Shown here in pieces: positions 19,240-28,098 of a stretch of 56,658 bases of DNA. Position 1 is the first letter of the stretch; each line of letters begins with the position of its first letter. Position numbers and translations under genes: made by a program. The stretch covers positions 1 to 56,658 of IMG/VR virus record IMGVR_UViG_3300035565_000019; one strand, 5' to 3'. The notes beneath the pieces are model-generated. The model saw only the letters and a program-made list of their open reading frames with translations. It made no database searches and had not been told where the DNA came from. Origin of the DNA: a virus (lineage: Duplodnaviria; Caudoviricetes).

Positions 19240-20246
19240 TGGCAGCCCCTTGGAAAATGGATGATGCGCAAACATCTGACACGCCAGTTTTTACCATGAA
19301 TAGCTCAGATGCTCATATAGGAATGGAACATAAAGAGTCATACAGCCAATTTGGAGAAGGCACAGAGGCATACCCTGGCGGACCTACCATTGCAGAAGCA
19401 CGCCGCGCAAAGACATTTGAGATATTAGTTGATGCGGCAAGTCTTATTGCGCCAGTGGGGCGCGCTGGTATGGGTGCGATATTAGCTAGCGAACCATCAG
19501 AGGTTGAAGCAGCAATAAAAGCGCCATCTGTTAACTGGATTGAGCAAGTTGTTAAAGATTTGCTTCCACATAATTCTAAAGCTTTTACTGCAACAGAGGG
19601 AATGACAGAAAGGCAAAAAGAAGCTCTAAAACTTTATATGCACGCACCTGCGCCATTTCAACCAAGAATAAAACAGCAAAAAGCTGCGCTTGAGCATGCA
19701 GTTAACCAAGGTCATTTTACAAAAGAGCAAGCAGCTAATGTTAATGATTTGCGCAGCAGCTTAAATACCGCGCTATCTACTGAATTAAAATTACCTGGCC
19801 CAATATATCGTGGGCTTTCTGAATATCATCCTGATATGAAAATTGGCGATATTATTGGTGGAGATTCACCTGCATCATTTGGGCATCACCCAGCTTCTGT
19901 AGTTGAAAATTTTCAGTCTTCACCTGAATATATTAGGAAAGTTTCTGCAACACCAGATGTTATGCTGCAAGTTCCGGCAAACTCACTTGTGCGTGGAGTA
20001 GTTCCGAATAAAGATATTTCAGGAAAATATGCGGCAGAGAGTGAAGTGCTTTTGCACCCAGATAATAAGTTAGTTATCCAGAATATTGAAGATAAAGATA
20101 ACAGAAAAATAGTCACTGCTATGCCCGTTAAAAACTCAAATGCTCAAAATGTTAAACTTTGGTCATTAGCGCCTAGCATAGCTTTAAGTCCATCAGTAGC
20201 GAGCACTAATACACTAATAGAAAGCTGGAAGAAGGAGAAAGAATAA
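19239..20246 (+). CDS. ADP-ribosyltransferase (VIP2/C3/T4 Alt-like, R-S-ExE class)
   Basis: IYRGL, PASF and AESEVLL motifs in the correct order and spacing; TAATG-coupled on both sides. Confidence 0.75.
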   Translation: MAAPWKMDDAQTSDTPVFTMNSSDAHIGMEHKESYSQFGEGTEAYPGGPTIAEARRAKTFEILVDAASLIAPVGRAGMGAILASEPSEVEAAIKAPSVNWIEQVVKDLLPHNSKAFTATEGMTERQKEALKLYMHAPAPFQPRIKQQKAALEHAVNQGHFTKEQAANVNDLRSSLNTALSTELKLPGPIYRGLSEYHPDMKIGDIIGGDSPASFGHHPASVVENFQSSPEYIRKVSATPDVMLQVPANSLVRGVVPNKDISGKYAAESEVLLHPDNKLVIQNIEDKDNRKIVTAMPVKNSNAQNVKLWSLAPSIALSPSVASTNTLIESWKKEKE

Positions 20247-22357
20247 TGGCGTTTACAATCTCAGACGATTTAGAAGCAGAGTTGAAAATCCCGCCAGAGG
20301 TGCAACAAGGACGTGATGCTATTGCTGCGGACCAAATACGGCGTGAAGTAGTTAATCCTGATATTAATGAGGAGACTGGGAAGCCTGTTACACTGTCAAA
20401 AGATCTTCTTAAAATAAAACCTGCTAAATTTACTATTACAGACGATCCTGCAGATGCAAAACATGATGCATCTGAGTATGAAGCGCCGCCTATTAAGTCA
20501 TTAAAGCGGCGCATCGGGCGCAATGTGCGCGGCGCCATCGAGGCAGGGCTTACCATGGCTACTGGCGCTTTAGGCGGCATCGCAGGACTTGGCGGCGAAG
20601 CGTATCAACTTGCCCGCCATGAAGCAACGACGCCTCGCCGTGCCGAGAAGTTAATGGAACCTGGCGCTGTGAAAGAGACTATCCAGCAAGCAATGACATA
20701 CCAGCCCCGCACTGAAAAGGGCAAGGAATACGTACAAGATATTGCCACGCCTGAATCGCTTCTTAATCCTTTGACCTATGTCAAGGCGCTAAGCGACGTT
20801 GGTGAAAGCATCAAAGATCAAGTCGATTCTCCTGAAGCCAAAGCCGCAGTAGACTTGACGCTAAATGCGGCATCTATGGCATTGCCTAAAGTAGCTGGCG
20901 CCATAACTAGCGCGCCAAAATATCTTATGTCAGGCAGCGAAACAGCGCGCAAGACCGCGCGCGAGAATATCGCTGCATTCAAAAAAGAAGGCATTACGCC
21001 ATCTCTTGGCCAAGTGTCTGCAGGCGGAGCAACTAAAGGCGCTGGCGGCAGTGAAGCACTAGTTGCGGAAGAAGCGCCAAAGATCGCCGCGCAAGCTACT
21101 AAGCTTGCAGATAAGTTAAGCCCAATTACTACATCTGAAGAAGCAGGCAATGTCATACATGAAGCAATTATGGGCAAGCCTGTAACCGAGACTCTTACGC
21201 CAAAACGTAAAGCCATTGAATCTCCAACTGGTGAGCGTATCGGCGGATGGGAGCAAGATGTTAATGAACGTGAAAGTATATTGCATGATACTTGGAAGAA
21301 AATGGTAGGTGAGGATGCTAAGGTCTATCTAAAGTCTACATTGCTGGCGCTTAAAGAAATGACAACGCCAACTGCTGGCGCAGAAGCTACGACTTCCGGA
21401 TTGCTAAACACAAAGATCATGGATATTCGCCGCAGAATGGTAGATGACACAGGCAAGCCAAGGTCAATGCCGCTTAATGCCATTGAAGACGTGCGCTCGC
21501 TTATCGGTGAACTGACTGACCCTACAATGGAAGTTACTATATCAAAAGGCCAAGCTAATAAATTATATGGCGCCATTAAATCAGATGTTGGCGAAATGGT
21601 TGCTAGTAAAGGAGATAAAGTCAAGGCCGCTTATAATGACGCATTCGAATATTCACGCAAGAAGCACGAAATCGTCAGTAGTTTAATGGAGCCATTGCGC
21701 ACGGCCAAGATTCCTGAGCAAGCATTTACTTTTGCTACGGCTGGCACTCCTGAAGGTGCTAGCCAACTTCGCACTTTGTTCCAGGGAAAAGGTGAAGGAG
21801 TTTCAAAAGTAAGCGGTCTAAATAAAGCTGAGCAAGATGTTGTACGTTCTGTTATGTTCAGAAAGTTAGGAGGCGCAGATGCCGGTGAGTTTAGCCCAAC
21901 CAAGTTCCTTGCTAACTGGAATAACATGCATAATGACGCAAAGGAAGTTCTTTTCGGCGCTCCGGGTTCTGCGCTGCGTAATCATTTAGACGCCTTAAAT
22001 ACGGTTATGCTTAAGTCTAAGAGTACTGCGACAACAATTTATGAATTACGTAACTATGCCGCAGATCATGGCATGATTGGCTCAGCAACTGCGCTAGCTG
22101 TATTATCTGGCCGACATGGAATGGCTTCTATTTTGCTTTCAGGACTTGGCGCTGGGGCTGTAGCAGGTCGGCTAATACAGCGCCCATTCTTTGTCAAGTG
22201 GCTGACTTCTGCCTCGAATAAAAAGCCGGCAAGCATAGTTCCAATGCTTGGCATGTTGGCGCAAAAAGCCGCAACATTGCCACCTAATGACCAACAAGAC
22301 GTAAAAGAATATCTTGCCAATATACAAAGCATCACAGCACCAGGAGGAAAACAATAA
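20246..22357 (+). CDS. Large internal virion/ejection protein
   Basis: 703 aa helical; MTYQPRTEKG and FSPTKFLANWN motifs, C-terminal hydrophobic Gly/Ala segment. Confidence 0.65.
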   Translation: MAFTISDDLEAELKIPPEVQQGRDAIAADQIRREVVNPDINEETGKPVTLSKDLLKIKPAKFTITDDPADAKHDASEYEAPPIKSLKRRIGRNVRGAIEAGLTMATGALGGIAGLGGEAYQLARHEATTPRRAEKLMEPGAVKETIQQAMTYQPRTEKGKEYVQDIATPESLLNPLTYVKALSDVGESIKDQVDSPEAKAAVDLTLNAASMALPKVAGAITSAPKYLMSGSETARKTARENIAAFKKEGITPSLGQVSAGGATKGAGGSEALVAEEAPKIAAQATKLADKLSPITTSEEAGNVIHEAIMGKPVTETLTPKRKAIESPTGERIGGWEQDVNERESILHDTWKKMVGEDAKVYLKSTLLALKEMTTPTAGAEATTSGLLNTKIMDIRRRMVDDTGKPRSMPLNAIEDVRSLIGELTDPTMEVTISKGQANKLYGAIKSDVGEMVASKGDKVKAAYNDAFEYSRKKHEIVSSLMEPLRTAKIPEQAFTFATAGTPEGASQLRTLFQGKGEGVSKVSGLNKAEQDVVRSVMFRKLGGADAGEFSPTKFLANWNNMHNDAKEVLFGAPGSALRNHLDALNTVMLKSKSTATTIYELRNYAADHGMIGSATALAVLSGRHGMASILLSGLGAGAVAGRLIQRPFFVKWLTSASNKKPASIVPMLGMLAQKAATLPPNDQQDVKEYLANIQSITAPGGKQ

Positions 22358-23703
22358 TGGCAAAACTGCTGATAGTCGACACTGATAATGTGGGCTTATC
22401 GCTTGCTTGGCGTTCTGCACAGGCAGGGCATGAAGTGCGCTGGTACGTCAAACCGAAGAAATGTAATCATCCCGATACCGGCCGCGGATTCAAGGGCGTG
22501 ACTAAAGTAGAAAACTTTGTGCCGTCAATGATGTGGGCAGACCTTGTCATTTGTACTAGCAATGATGATTATCTTGATCGCCTGGACTTCTTCAAGAAAA
22601 AAGGCGCTAATGTCTTTGCGCCGACCACTGCTTCTGCAAACTTAGAGATCAGCCGTAAAGACGGTATGGAGCTGATGGAAAAGTGTGGTATCGAGACCGC
22701 GCCATACAAGACATTCAAGCGTATGGAAGACGCGGAAGCCCATGTCAAGAAGACAGAAGAGCGGTTCGTGTTCAAGACGCTTGGCGATAACGAAGACAAG
22801 GCGTTGACCTATGTTTCCAAGAATGCGGCAGATATGCTCGAATGGATGAAGAGGATCCGCGAGTCTGGCGCCGTGCCAAAAGGCGATGTTATGCTGCAGA
22901 CATTTATTGATGGCATAGAGTTTGGTGTTTCCAGGTTCATGGGCCAAGATGGATTCGTCGGTCAATGGAATGAGTCATTCGAGCATAAGAAGCATATGAG
23001 CGGCAATCACGGTTGCAATACAGGTGAAATGGGTACCATTGCCGCCTTTACCAAAGACTCCAAGATAGGCAAAGATACGCTGGCTAAGTGCGAAGCAGAA
23101 CTTGTTAAGCTCGGCCATCTTGGCGATGTAGCCATTGGGTTCATGATCGAGAAGGCGACTGGCAAGCCATATCCGACTGAATGGACATGCCGCTTTGGCT
23201 GGCCTATCGAGAATATGATGATCGCCGCGACCAAAGGAGACCCTATACAGTGGATGATAGACGCCAAGAACGGAAAAGATACGACATCATTCAGTGAGGA
23301 TATTGGATGCTGCCTGGTATTGACACATGGTGACTTCCCGCATGGTAATAAAGACCGCCAGGATGTGACAGGCGTGCCTATTTACGGCGTAACTAAGGGC
23401 AATAAAAAGTACTTGCACCCGCAAGGCGTGAAGATTGATATAATGCATGATATGGAAGGCGACAAGATCGTCGAGCGGCCATTATGGAATTCTGCCGGAG
23501 ATTATCTTGCGGTTGTGACAGGCTTTGGAAATTGCGTTAAACAAGCAGCAGAACGGACTTACAAGACTGCCAAACAATTGCACGTGTCTAATATGCAGCT
23601 ACGCGATGATGTTGGCGAAGGCATGGAAGAGCAATTGCCAGAACTGCATAAGTTCGGCTATGCAACGCACTTCACTTACGATGGCAAAGGAGACAGGAAA
23701 TGA
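22357..23703 (+). CDS. PurD (GAR synthetase)-like ATP-grasp ligase
   Basis: LEISRKDG, EHKKHMSGNHGCNTGEMGT (cf. PurD DHKR..GDxGPNTGGMG), EWTCRFGWP (cf. EFNxRFGDP), LRDDVG. Confidence 0.8.
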   Translation: MAKLLIVDTDNVGLSLAWRSAQAGHEVRWYVKPKKCNHPDTGRGFKGVTKVENFVPSMMWADLVICTSNDDYLDRLDFFKKKGANVFAPTTASANLEISRKDGMELMEKCGIETAPYKTFKRMEDAEAHVKKTEERFVFKTLGDNEDKALTYVSKNAADMLEWMKRIRESGAVPKGDVMLQTFIDGIEFGVSRFMGQDGFVGQWNESFEHKKHMSGNHGCNTGEMGTIAAFTKDSKIGKDTLAKCEAELVKLGHLGDVAIGFMIEKATGKPYPTEWTCRFGWPIENMMIAATKGDPIQWMIDAKNGKDTTSFSEDIGCCLVLTHGDFPHGNKDRQDVTGVPIYGVTKGNKKYLHPQGVKIDIMHDMEGDKIVERPLWNSAGDYLAVVTGFGNCVKQAAERTYKTAKQLHVSNMQLRDDVGEGMEEQLPELHKFGYATHFTYDGKGDRK

Positions 23704-25181
23704 GCAACTACCTTGCGCCGACATTCGGCGTTGGATACCAAGGTTTTAATGCGCAAGGCTTACCGCTTGCCGGCGGTAAACTTTACACCTACCAAGGCGG
23801 CAGCACCAGCACTAACCAGGCTACTTACGCTACCAGCGATACTAGCACCCCTAATGCCAATCCTATAATCCTGGATTCTTCTGGCCGACCAACTACTGAA
23901 GTCTGGCTGCTTCCGCTGCTTAATTACAAATTTGTATTGACTGACTCATTAGGCAGCGCCCTTGGTTCTTGGGACTATGTAGCCGGCATTAATAGCGTGG
24001 CCGCCGCTACTCCGGTAGAGTGGACAGCTTCGGGACTTGCGCCAACATATGTGTCGTCTAACGTGTTCACAGTTCCAGGCAACCAGACTACGCTGCTCCC
24101 TATAAATAGGCGTGTCCAATATTTCTTGGCAGGCGTTCCATATTATGGATATATCTCAAACTCAGTCTATACGTCTGTTACCACAATCACTGTAGTGCCA
24201 GATTCTGTGGCAGTCGACGCCACGATAAGCGCAGTATCTTACGCCTTCCTGAACTCTGTCAATCCAAGCGTACCACAGCAATTGCTGGTAGCCGTAGCTT
24301 CGCAGACCCACGCAGCTGGCGCCGCCACCCCCGCCGACGCGGATGAATTAAATCTGACGCAAAGCCCTTCTTGGACGCTGAAGAAGTTTACGTGGGCGAC
24401 ACTGAAGTCGACGTTGCTTACATACTTCAGTGCGCTGACAGGAACTTGGGCGATTAGCATTACCGGGAATGCAGCGACAGCCACTAATGCAGCGACAGCC
24501 ACTAATGCAGCGACAGCCACTAATGCAACTTACACAACCGGTAGGTCTACAGTAGCATCAGCAACCACGCCGGACATTTTTGCATTTACAGTTAAAGGAA
24601 CTATTGATTACACCGGAACTGTTCTATGCACAGGTTTTGTGGCTGCACCGGAAGATGGGGCAAAAAGAACCTTAATATGCGCTAGTGCATGCTCATTCAC
24701 AACTAGCGCAAATCTTCAAATAGAAGGTGTACCAAGCGGTACAACCATTACTATGGCGGCAAATGCCGAGGTAAATGTGGTTGCGATCAACTCTACCATA
24801 TTCAAGATGACTTATAGTTTGTCTGGGACGTTTACGGCTACAGGGACTGGGTTTACAGCCGGGGTTACAGGAACAGCTTATTATAAGGCTGAAAACGGTT
24901 TGGTTACATTACATTTACCTAGTTTAGGCGGAACTTCAAATGCCGCTACTTTTACTATTACTGGATTACCTGCCGCCGCAGGTACATCTAATTCTGGTTT
25001 GTATTGGACACGTTGTATTGACAATGGCGGTTTAACTTTTGCAGAAGTTTTAATAAGTGGTGTCACAATCACTTTAACCAGAGTCTCCGCAGTCCCTGTT
25101 GAAACAGTATGGACAGCATCTGGAGCAAAATCATTTGGTTATGGGGGAAGTTATACAACAATTGTGTATAACTCATTCTAG
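23700..25181 (+). CDS. Tailspike/tail fibre with a P22-type head-binding N-terminus
   Basis: PLAGGKLYTY and NANPIILDSSGR N-terminal motifs; Thr-rich body. Confidence 0.75.
   Translation: MSNYLAPTFGVGYQGFNAQGLPLAGGKLYTYQGGSTSTNQATYATSDTSTPNANPIILDSSGRPTTEVWLLPLLNYKFVLTDSLGSALGSWDYVAGINSVAAATPVEWTASGLAPTYVSSNVFTVPGNQTTLLPINRRVQYFLAGVPYYGYISNSVYTSVTTITVVPDSVAVDATISAVSYAFLNSVNPSVPQQLLVAVASQTHAAGAATPADADELNLTQSPSWTLKKFTWATLKSTLLTYFSALTGTWAISITGNAATATNAATATNAATATNATYTTGRSTVASATTPDIFAFTVKGTIDYTGTVLCTGFVAAPEDGAKRTLICASACSFTTSANLQIEGVPSGTTITMAANAEVNVVAINSTIFKMTYSLSGTFTATGTGFTAGVTGTAYYKAENGLVTLHLPSLGGTSNAATFTITGLPAAAGTSNSGLYWTRCIDNGGLTFAEVLISGVTITLTRVSAVPVETVWTASGAKSFGYGGSYTTIVYNSF
24468..24527 (+). 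repeat. 18-bp tandem repeat x3.3 encoding NAATAT
   Basis: AATGCAGCGACAGCCACT at 24468, 24486 and 24504, then a partial copy. Confidence 0.95.
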
Positions 25182-25537
25182 AACCTCGCACTTATACCCA
25201 ACTGATGATTATGAAAATCCTCTCTAAACTCGAAACCAATACTCACGTACTGAAAACCGTGCCGCCACTCTTTACGAAGCGCATAGGAGAGCCTAACATG
25301 CGCCAATGCCATTCCAGCAAAGTAACGATTGACTTGCAAAACACTGGGGTGTTCGCCGAGGGCAAATGTAGAGGTGCATTCACGAAATTTATTAGGATGC
25401 TTTGCTATGTTTCGTGTCTGAAGCCAGTCAATAGCATCAAGAAAAAAATAACTTCCTTCACGATATGTGTCCTGACGTGTCCATTCATCAGCAAAACAGG
25501 ATGTTGATATGATAAGTAAAGCAAGAAATGTTTTCAC
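25178..25537 (-). CDS. Moron-like exported protein, antisense to the late operon
   Basis: GTG start after AAGGAG, signal-peptide-like N-terminus (KTFLALLIISTSCFA), C-terminal Phe, own promoter. Confidence 0.6.
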   Translation of the reverse strand: MKTFLALLIISTSCFADEWTRQDTYREGSYFFLDAIDWLQTRNIAKHPNKFRECTSTFALGEHPSVLQVNRYFAGMALAHVRLSYALRKEWRHGFQYVSIGFEFREDFHNHQLGISARF

Positions 25538-25563
25538 AGTTAGCTCCTTAATAATCATTATAT

Positions 25564-25592
25564 ATTATATCGCTTTATAGAGAAAAGTAAAC
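25564..25592 (-). promoter_or_regulatory. Class B promoter GTTTAC-N17-TATAAT
   Basis: Exact motif on the - strand; same architecture at 32526-32554 and 45786-45814. Confidence 0.7.
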
Positions 25593-25595
25593 CAT

Positions 25596-25712
25596 ATGTT
25601 TACCAAGGTACTAACGGCAATGTTGTTGATCGCTTTGGTTGTAATGATGGTGCTTTGTGGTTTTTACGGTTGGATGCATGATGAACTTCAAATTAAAAGA
25701 GTGTTAAAATGA
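25596..25712 (+). CDS. Small single-TM peptide (lysis module)
   Basis: 38 aa MFTKVLTAMLLIALVVMMVLCGFYGW..., ATGA-coupled to the next gene. Confidence 0.4.
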   Translation: MFTKVLTAMLLIALVVMMVLCGFYGWMHDELQIKRVLK

Positions 25713-26080
25713 CAGAAAAAAGAGAAGCGGAACGCACTGCCGAATACGACGCGCTATTTCACATCGTTCGGGAAATGACCGCGAAGATCTCCGACCATAT
25801 GGTAGAAGAGGAGCGCAATCGGGCAAAGGATATGGCTACCATAACGGAAGCCCTGCGCCCTATGTACGATATAATGGACTCCCTTCCAAGGGATGAACGA
25901 GGGCTTCCGTCGCCATACCTTCATCGCGCTCAGCATGAAGGGCTTAGTGCATCTAAAGGAAATTCAAGGCTGTTCAAAAACGAAATAATAAAGAAAACGG
26001 GCGAGTATGCAGTCCTGGCAGTAATCGTACTATTGGCATCAGGTAATTGGGAGCATATTTTAAAGAAGCTTATTGGGTGA
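25709..26080 (+). CDS. Membrane-anchored lysis-module protein
   Basis: C-terminal TM segment; upstream of the putative endolysin. Confidence 0.5.
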   Translation: MTEKREAERTAEYDALFHIVREMTAKISDHMVEEERNRAKDMATITEALRPMYDIMDSLPRDERGLPSPYLHRAQHEGLSASKGNSRLFKNEIIKKTGEYAVLAVIVLLASGNWEHILKKLIG

Positions 26081-26092
26081 CGGAGGTTTCAT

Positions 26093-26479
26093 ATGTGGCT
26101 CTTTGAACAATGTACCGGAAAACTGCGCGATCCTACAGGCGCTATCATAGCCGCAGGTTATGCAGGCGGCAATTGTGGCAAGAATCCTGAAGGCGTTAAT
26201 AATCCCGCTATGCAAGCTATCAAATCTGTTGGCCCTTTGCCTGCCGGTATTTACACCATGGAAGAAGTGCTAGAACAATCACATTTAGGTCCATTCGCCA
26301 TACGCTTAGTTCCTGATGCGGCTAATGTAATGTGCGGCCGCAGCGGGTTTTTCATTCACGGGGATACGACGCCGTCAGGCAACGCATCAGAGGGCTGTAT
26401 CATCATGCCAAGAGCGGTCCGCGAAGCCATGTGGGCTTCTGCTGACCATCGAATCGCAGTGTTAAAGGAGGCTTTATAA
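26093..26479 (+). CDS. Tlde1/DUF2778-like L,D-transpeptidase-fold peptidoglycan enzyme (putative endolysin)
   Basis: GPLPAGIY, RSGFFIHGD and ASEGCII (HxxxxxxxSxGC) motifs; next to a holin. Confidence 0.75.
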   Translation: MWLFEQCTGKLRDPTGAIIAAGYAGGNCGKNPEGVNNPAMQAIKSVGPLPAGIYTMEEVLEQSHLGPFAIRLVPDAANVMCGRSGFFIHGDTTPSGNASEGCIIMPRAVREAMWASADHRIAVLKEAL

Positions 26480-26958
26480 TGGACTGGAAAGACATAGCAA
26501 AAGATGTTGCAAAAGTAGCGCCAGCTTTGGGCGGTGTATTAGGCGGGCCTGCCGGCGCAGGGCTTGGCGGGCTGATCGCTGCAGCTTTGGGATGCGGTCA
26601 GACGCCGTCCGAAGTACAGCAAGCCCTTCTGACCAATCCTGACGCCGCAGTAAAGCTTAAAGAGATCGAAGCACAAGTACAGCTGGCGCAAATCTCTGCC
26701 GCTTCGGCCCAGGTCATAGCGGTCAACCAAACTTTACAGGCCGATGCGCGCGGGGATACATATTGGCAGAAAAGCCATCATGCGTTCGAATCAACATTTG
26801 CATTGTTGATCGTGGCTTCCATCTATATCCTATTGCCTGTTCTCAAGATACCTGTGCCGCTTGTAGACCCAATGGTTTGGATGATGATCGGCGGCATATT
26901 GGGCGTAACGGCCTGGCAGCATGGCGAAGTCAATAAAAAGATAGCCGATCAAGCTTAG
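26479..26958 (+). CDS. Putative holin (3TM/GTA-holin-like)
   Basis: MDWKDIA..VAPALG..LGGPAG start, two C-terminal TM segments. Confidence 0.65.
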   Translation: MDWKDIAKDVAKVAPALGGVLGGPAGAGLGGLIAAALGCGQTPSEVQQALLTNPDAAVKLKEIEAQVQLAQISAASAQVIAVNQTLQADARGDTYWQKSHHAFESTFALLIVASIYILLPVLKIPVPLVDPMVWMMIGGILGVTAWQHGEVNKKIADQA

Positions 26959-27074
26959 CGCTCACCAAACTTATCACGGCCAAGCACTTCAACTATAATC
27001 CAGAAGAAAATATAAATGGCGTATGCTTGAAGTATTGTTGCTATTATAAAAAACTGGATAAGTTTGGCCAACAT
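26955..27074 (-). CDS. Small TM peptide
   Basis: 39 aa MLAKLIQFFIIATILQAYAIYIFFWII..., last gene of the - strand operon. Confidence 0.4.
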   Translation of the reverse strand: MLAKLIQFFIIATILQAYAIYIFFWIIVEVLGRDKFGER

Positions 27075-27087
27075 ATTTTTGATCCTT

Positions 27088-27522
27088 TCAATAATCATAT
27101 TGTAGTTTTTCCCATTTGCGTCCTGCCCGTAGCCAAAGGTCTTTAGGCAACGGATCTATATGCTCTTCCAGGAAGACAATACGGTTGCATGATGTGTTCA
27201 ACAGCAGCTTTAGGCATGGCCGGCAAGGGCTAATAGTGGTAAATACTGATTTTATAGTCCATGGATCTCGGCACTGAAGTATCATGTTCTGCTCTGCATG
27301 GACTGCAAGACATGAGTCTTGGCCTGGCGGTAATTCAAATCCTTTGCATGTATTTTTATTATCGCAGTGCTTTATGCCATGCGGGACTCCATTATAGCCA
27401 ATGCTAAGCACATACCCTCTGGCGTCTACTGCTACAGCACCAACGCTTCTTCGTATACAAGTTGCGCGGGTAGCTGCAATTCTAGCTAATGTCATAAAAT
27501 ACTGATCTTTAGTTGGTCTCAT
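27088..27522 (-). CDS. dCMP deaminase
   Basis: RATCIRRSVGA, GYNGVP, HAEQN and SPCRPC motifs. Confidence 0.9.
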   Translation of the reverse strand: MRPTKDQYFMTLARIAATRATCIRRSVGAVAVDARGYVLSIGYNGVPHGIKHCDNKNTCKGFELPPGQDSCLAVHAEQNMILQCRDPWTIKSVFTTISPCRPCLKLLLNTSCNRIVFLEEHIDPLPKDLWLRAGRKWEKLQYDY

Positions 27523-28088
27523 TCTTTCACCTCATGATCGAATATTGGAAATGGCCCAAGTCCCACAGCCGCGTCGTGGTTTGGCGCTACCCAGCCTGCC
27601 GGCTTTACAATATCCAGCTTAGACCCACGCTTTGACTGTGACGCATTCTCGACCCGTATCTTGGCCATATTGGCGCGCTGTACTTCATGCCACAACATAG
27701 GCCACGGAAGTCCCATCATCAATGCAGTACCATGCACTACATAGATTAAATCTACAAGCGCGTCAGCTGCTTCATGCATGTCACCCTTTGTATGTCCGTC
27801 TTCGAACTCGTTCAGCTCTTCCTGCATGAATTTCAGACGAAACTGGAATGCATCTTCCAGCAAGAAGGACGGCTCTTTTGCCATAGGTATCTCGAACTTC
27901 TGATGGAATGCCAGTACATCATTACGCTCTTTGAATGCGCCTACCATCGGGCGTACCATGGCTACTGGTTGCACGCCATTTCCATCACTAGTTCTGTCTT
28001 GCATTTCATTCAGCGCTGCTTCAACATCTTCTGCCAACTCGATGTCAGTCTTGTTAGTGTTGATTAGCACTGTCAATATTTTTTGCAT
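27519..28088 (-). CDS. MazG-like/PRA-PH-family all-alpha dNTP pyrophosphatase
   Basis: FMQEELNEF, ADALVDLIYV, EVQRANMAK and KPAGW motifs. Confidence 0.8.
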   Translation of the reverse strand: MQKILTVLINTNKTDIELAEDVEAALNEMQDRTSDGNGVQPVAMVRPMVGAFKERNDVLAFHQKFEIPMAKEPSFLLEDAFQFRLKFMQEELNEFEDGHTKGDMHEAADALVDLIYVVHGTALMMGLPWPMLWHEVQRANMAKIRVENASQSKRGSKLDIVKPAGWVAPNHDAAVGLGPFPIFDHEVKE

Positions 28089-28098
28089 GATTTTTCTC

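Noticed and set aside
22357-23703. PurZ / 2-aminoadenine (Z-genome) pathway
   Set aside because: PurZ is a PurA homologue; this protein is PurD-like and no PurA-like gene is present
13670-25181. Diversity-generating retroelement acting on tail fibres
   Set aside because: No reverse transcriptase motif and no template/variable repeat pair noticed
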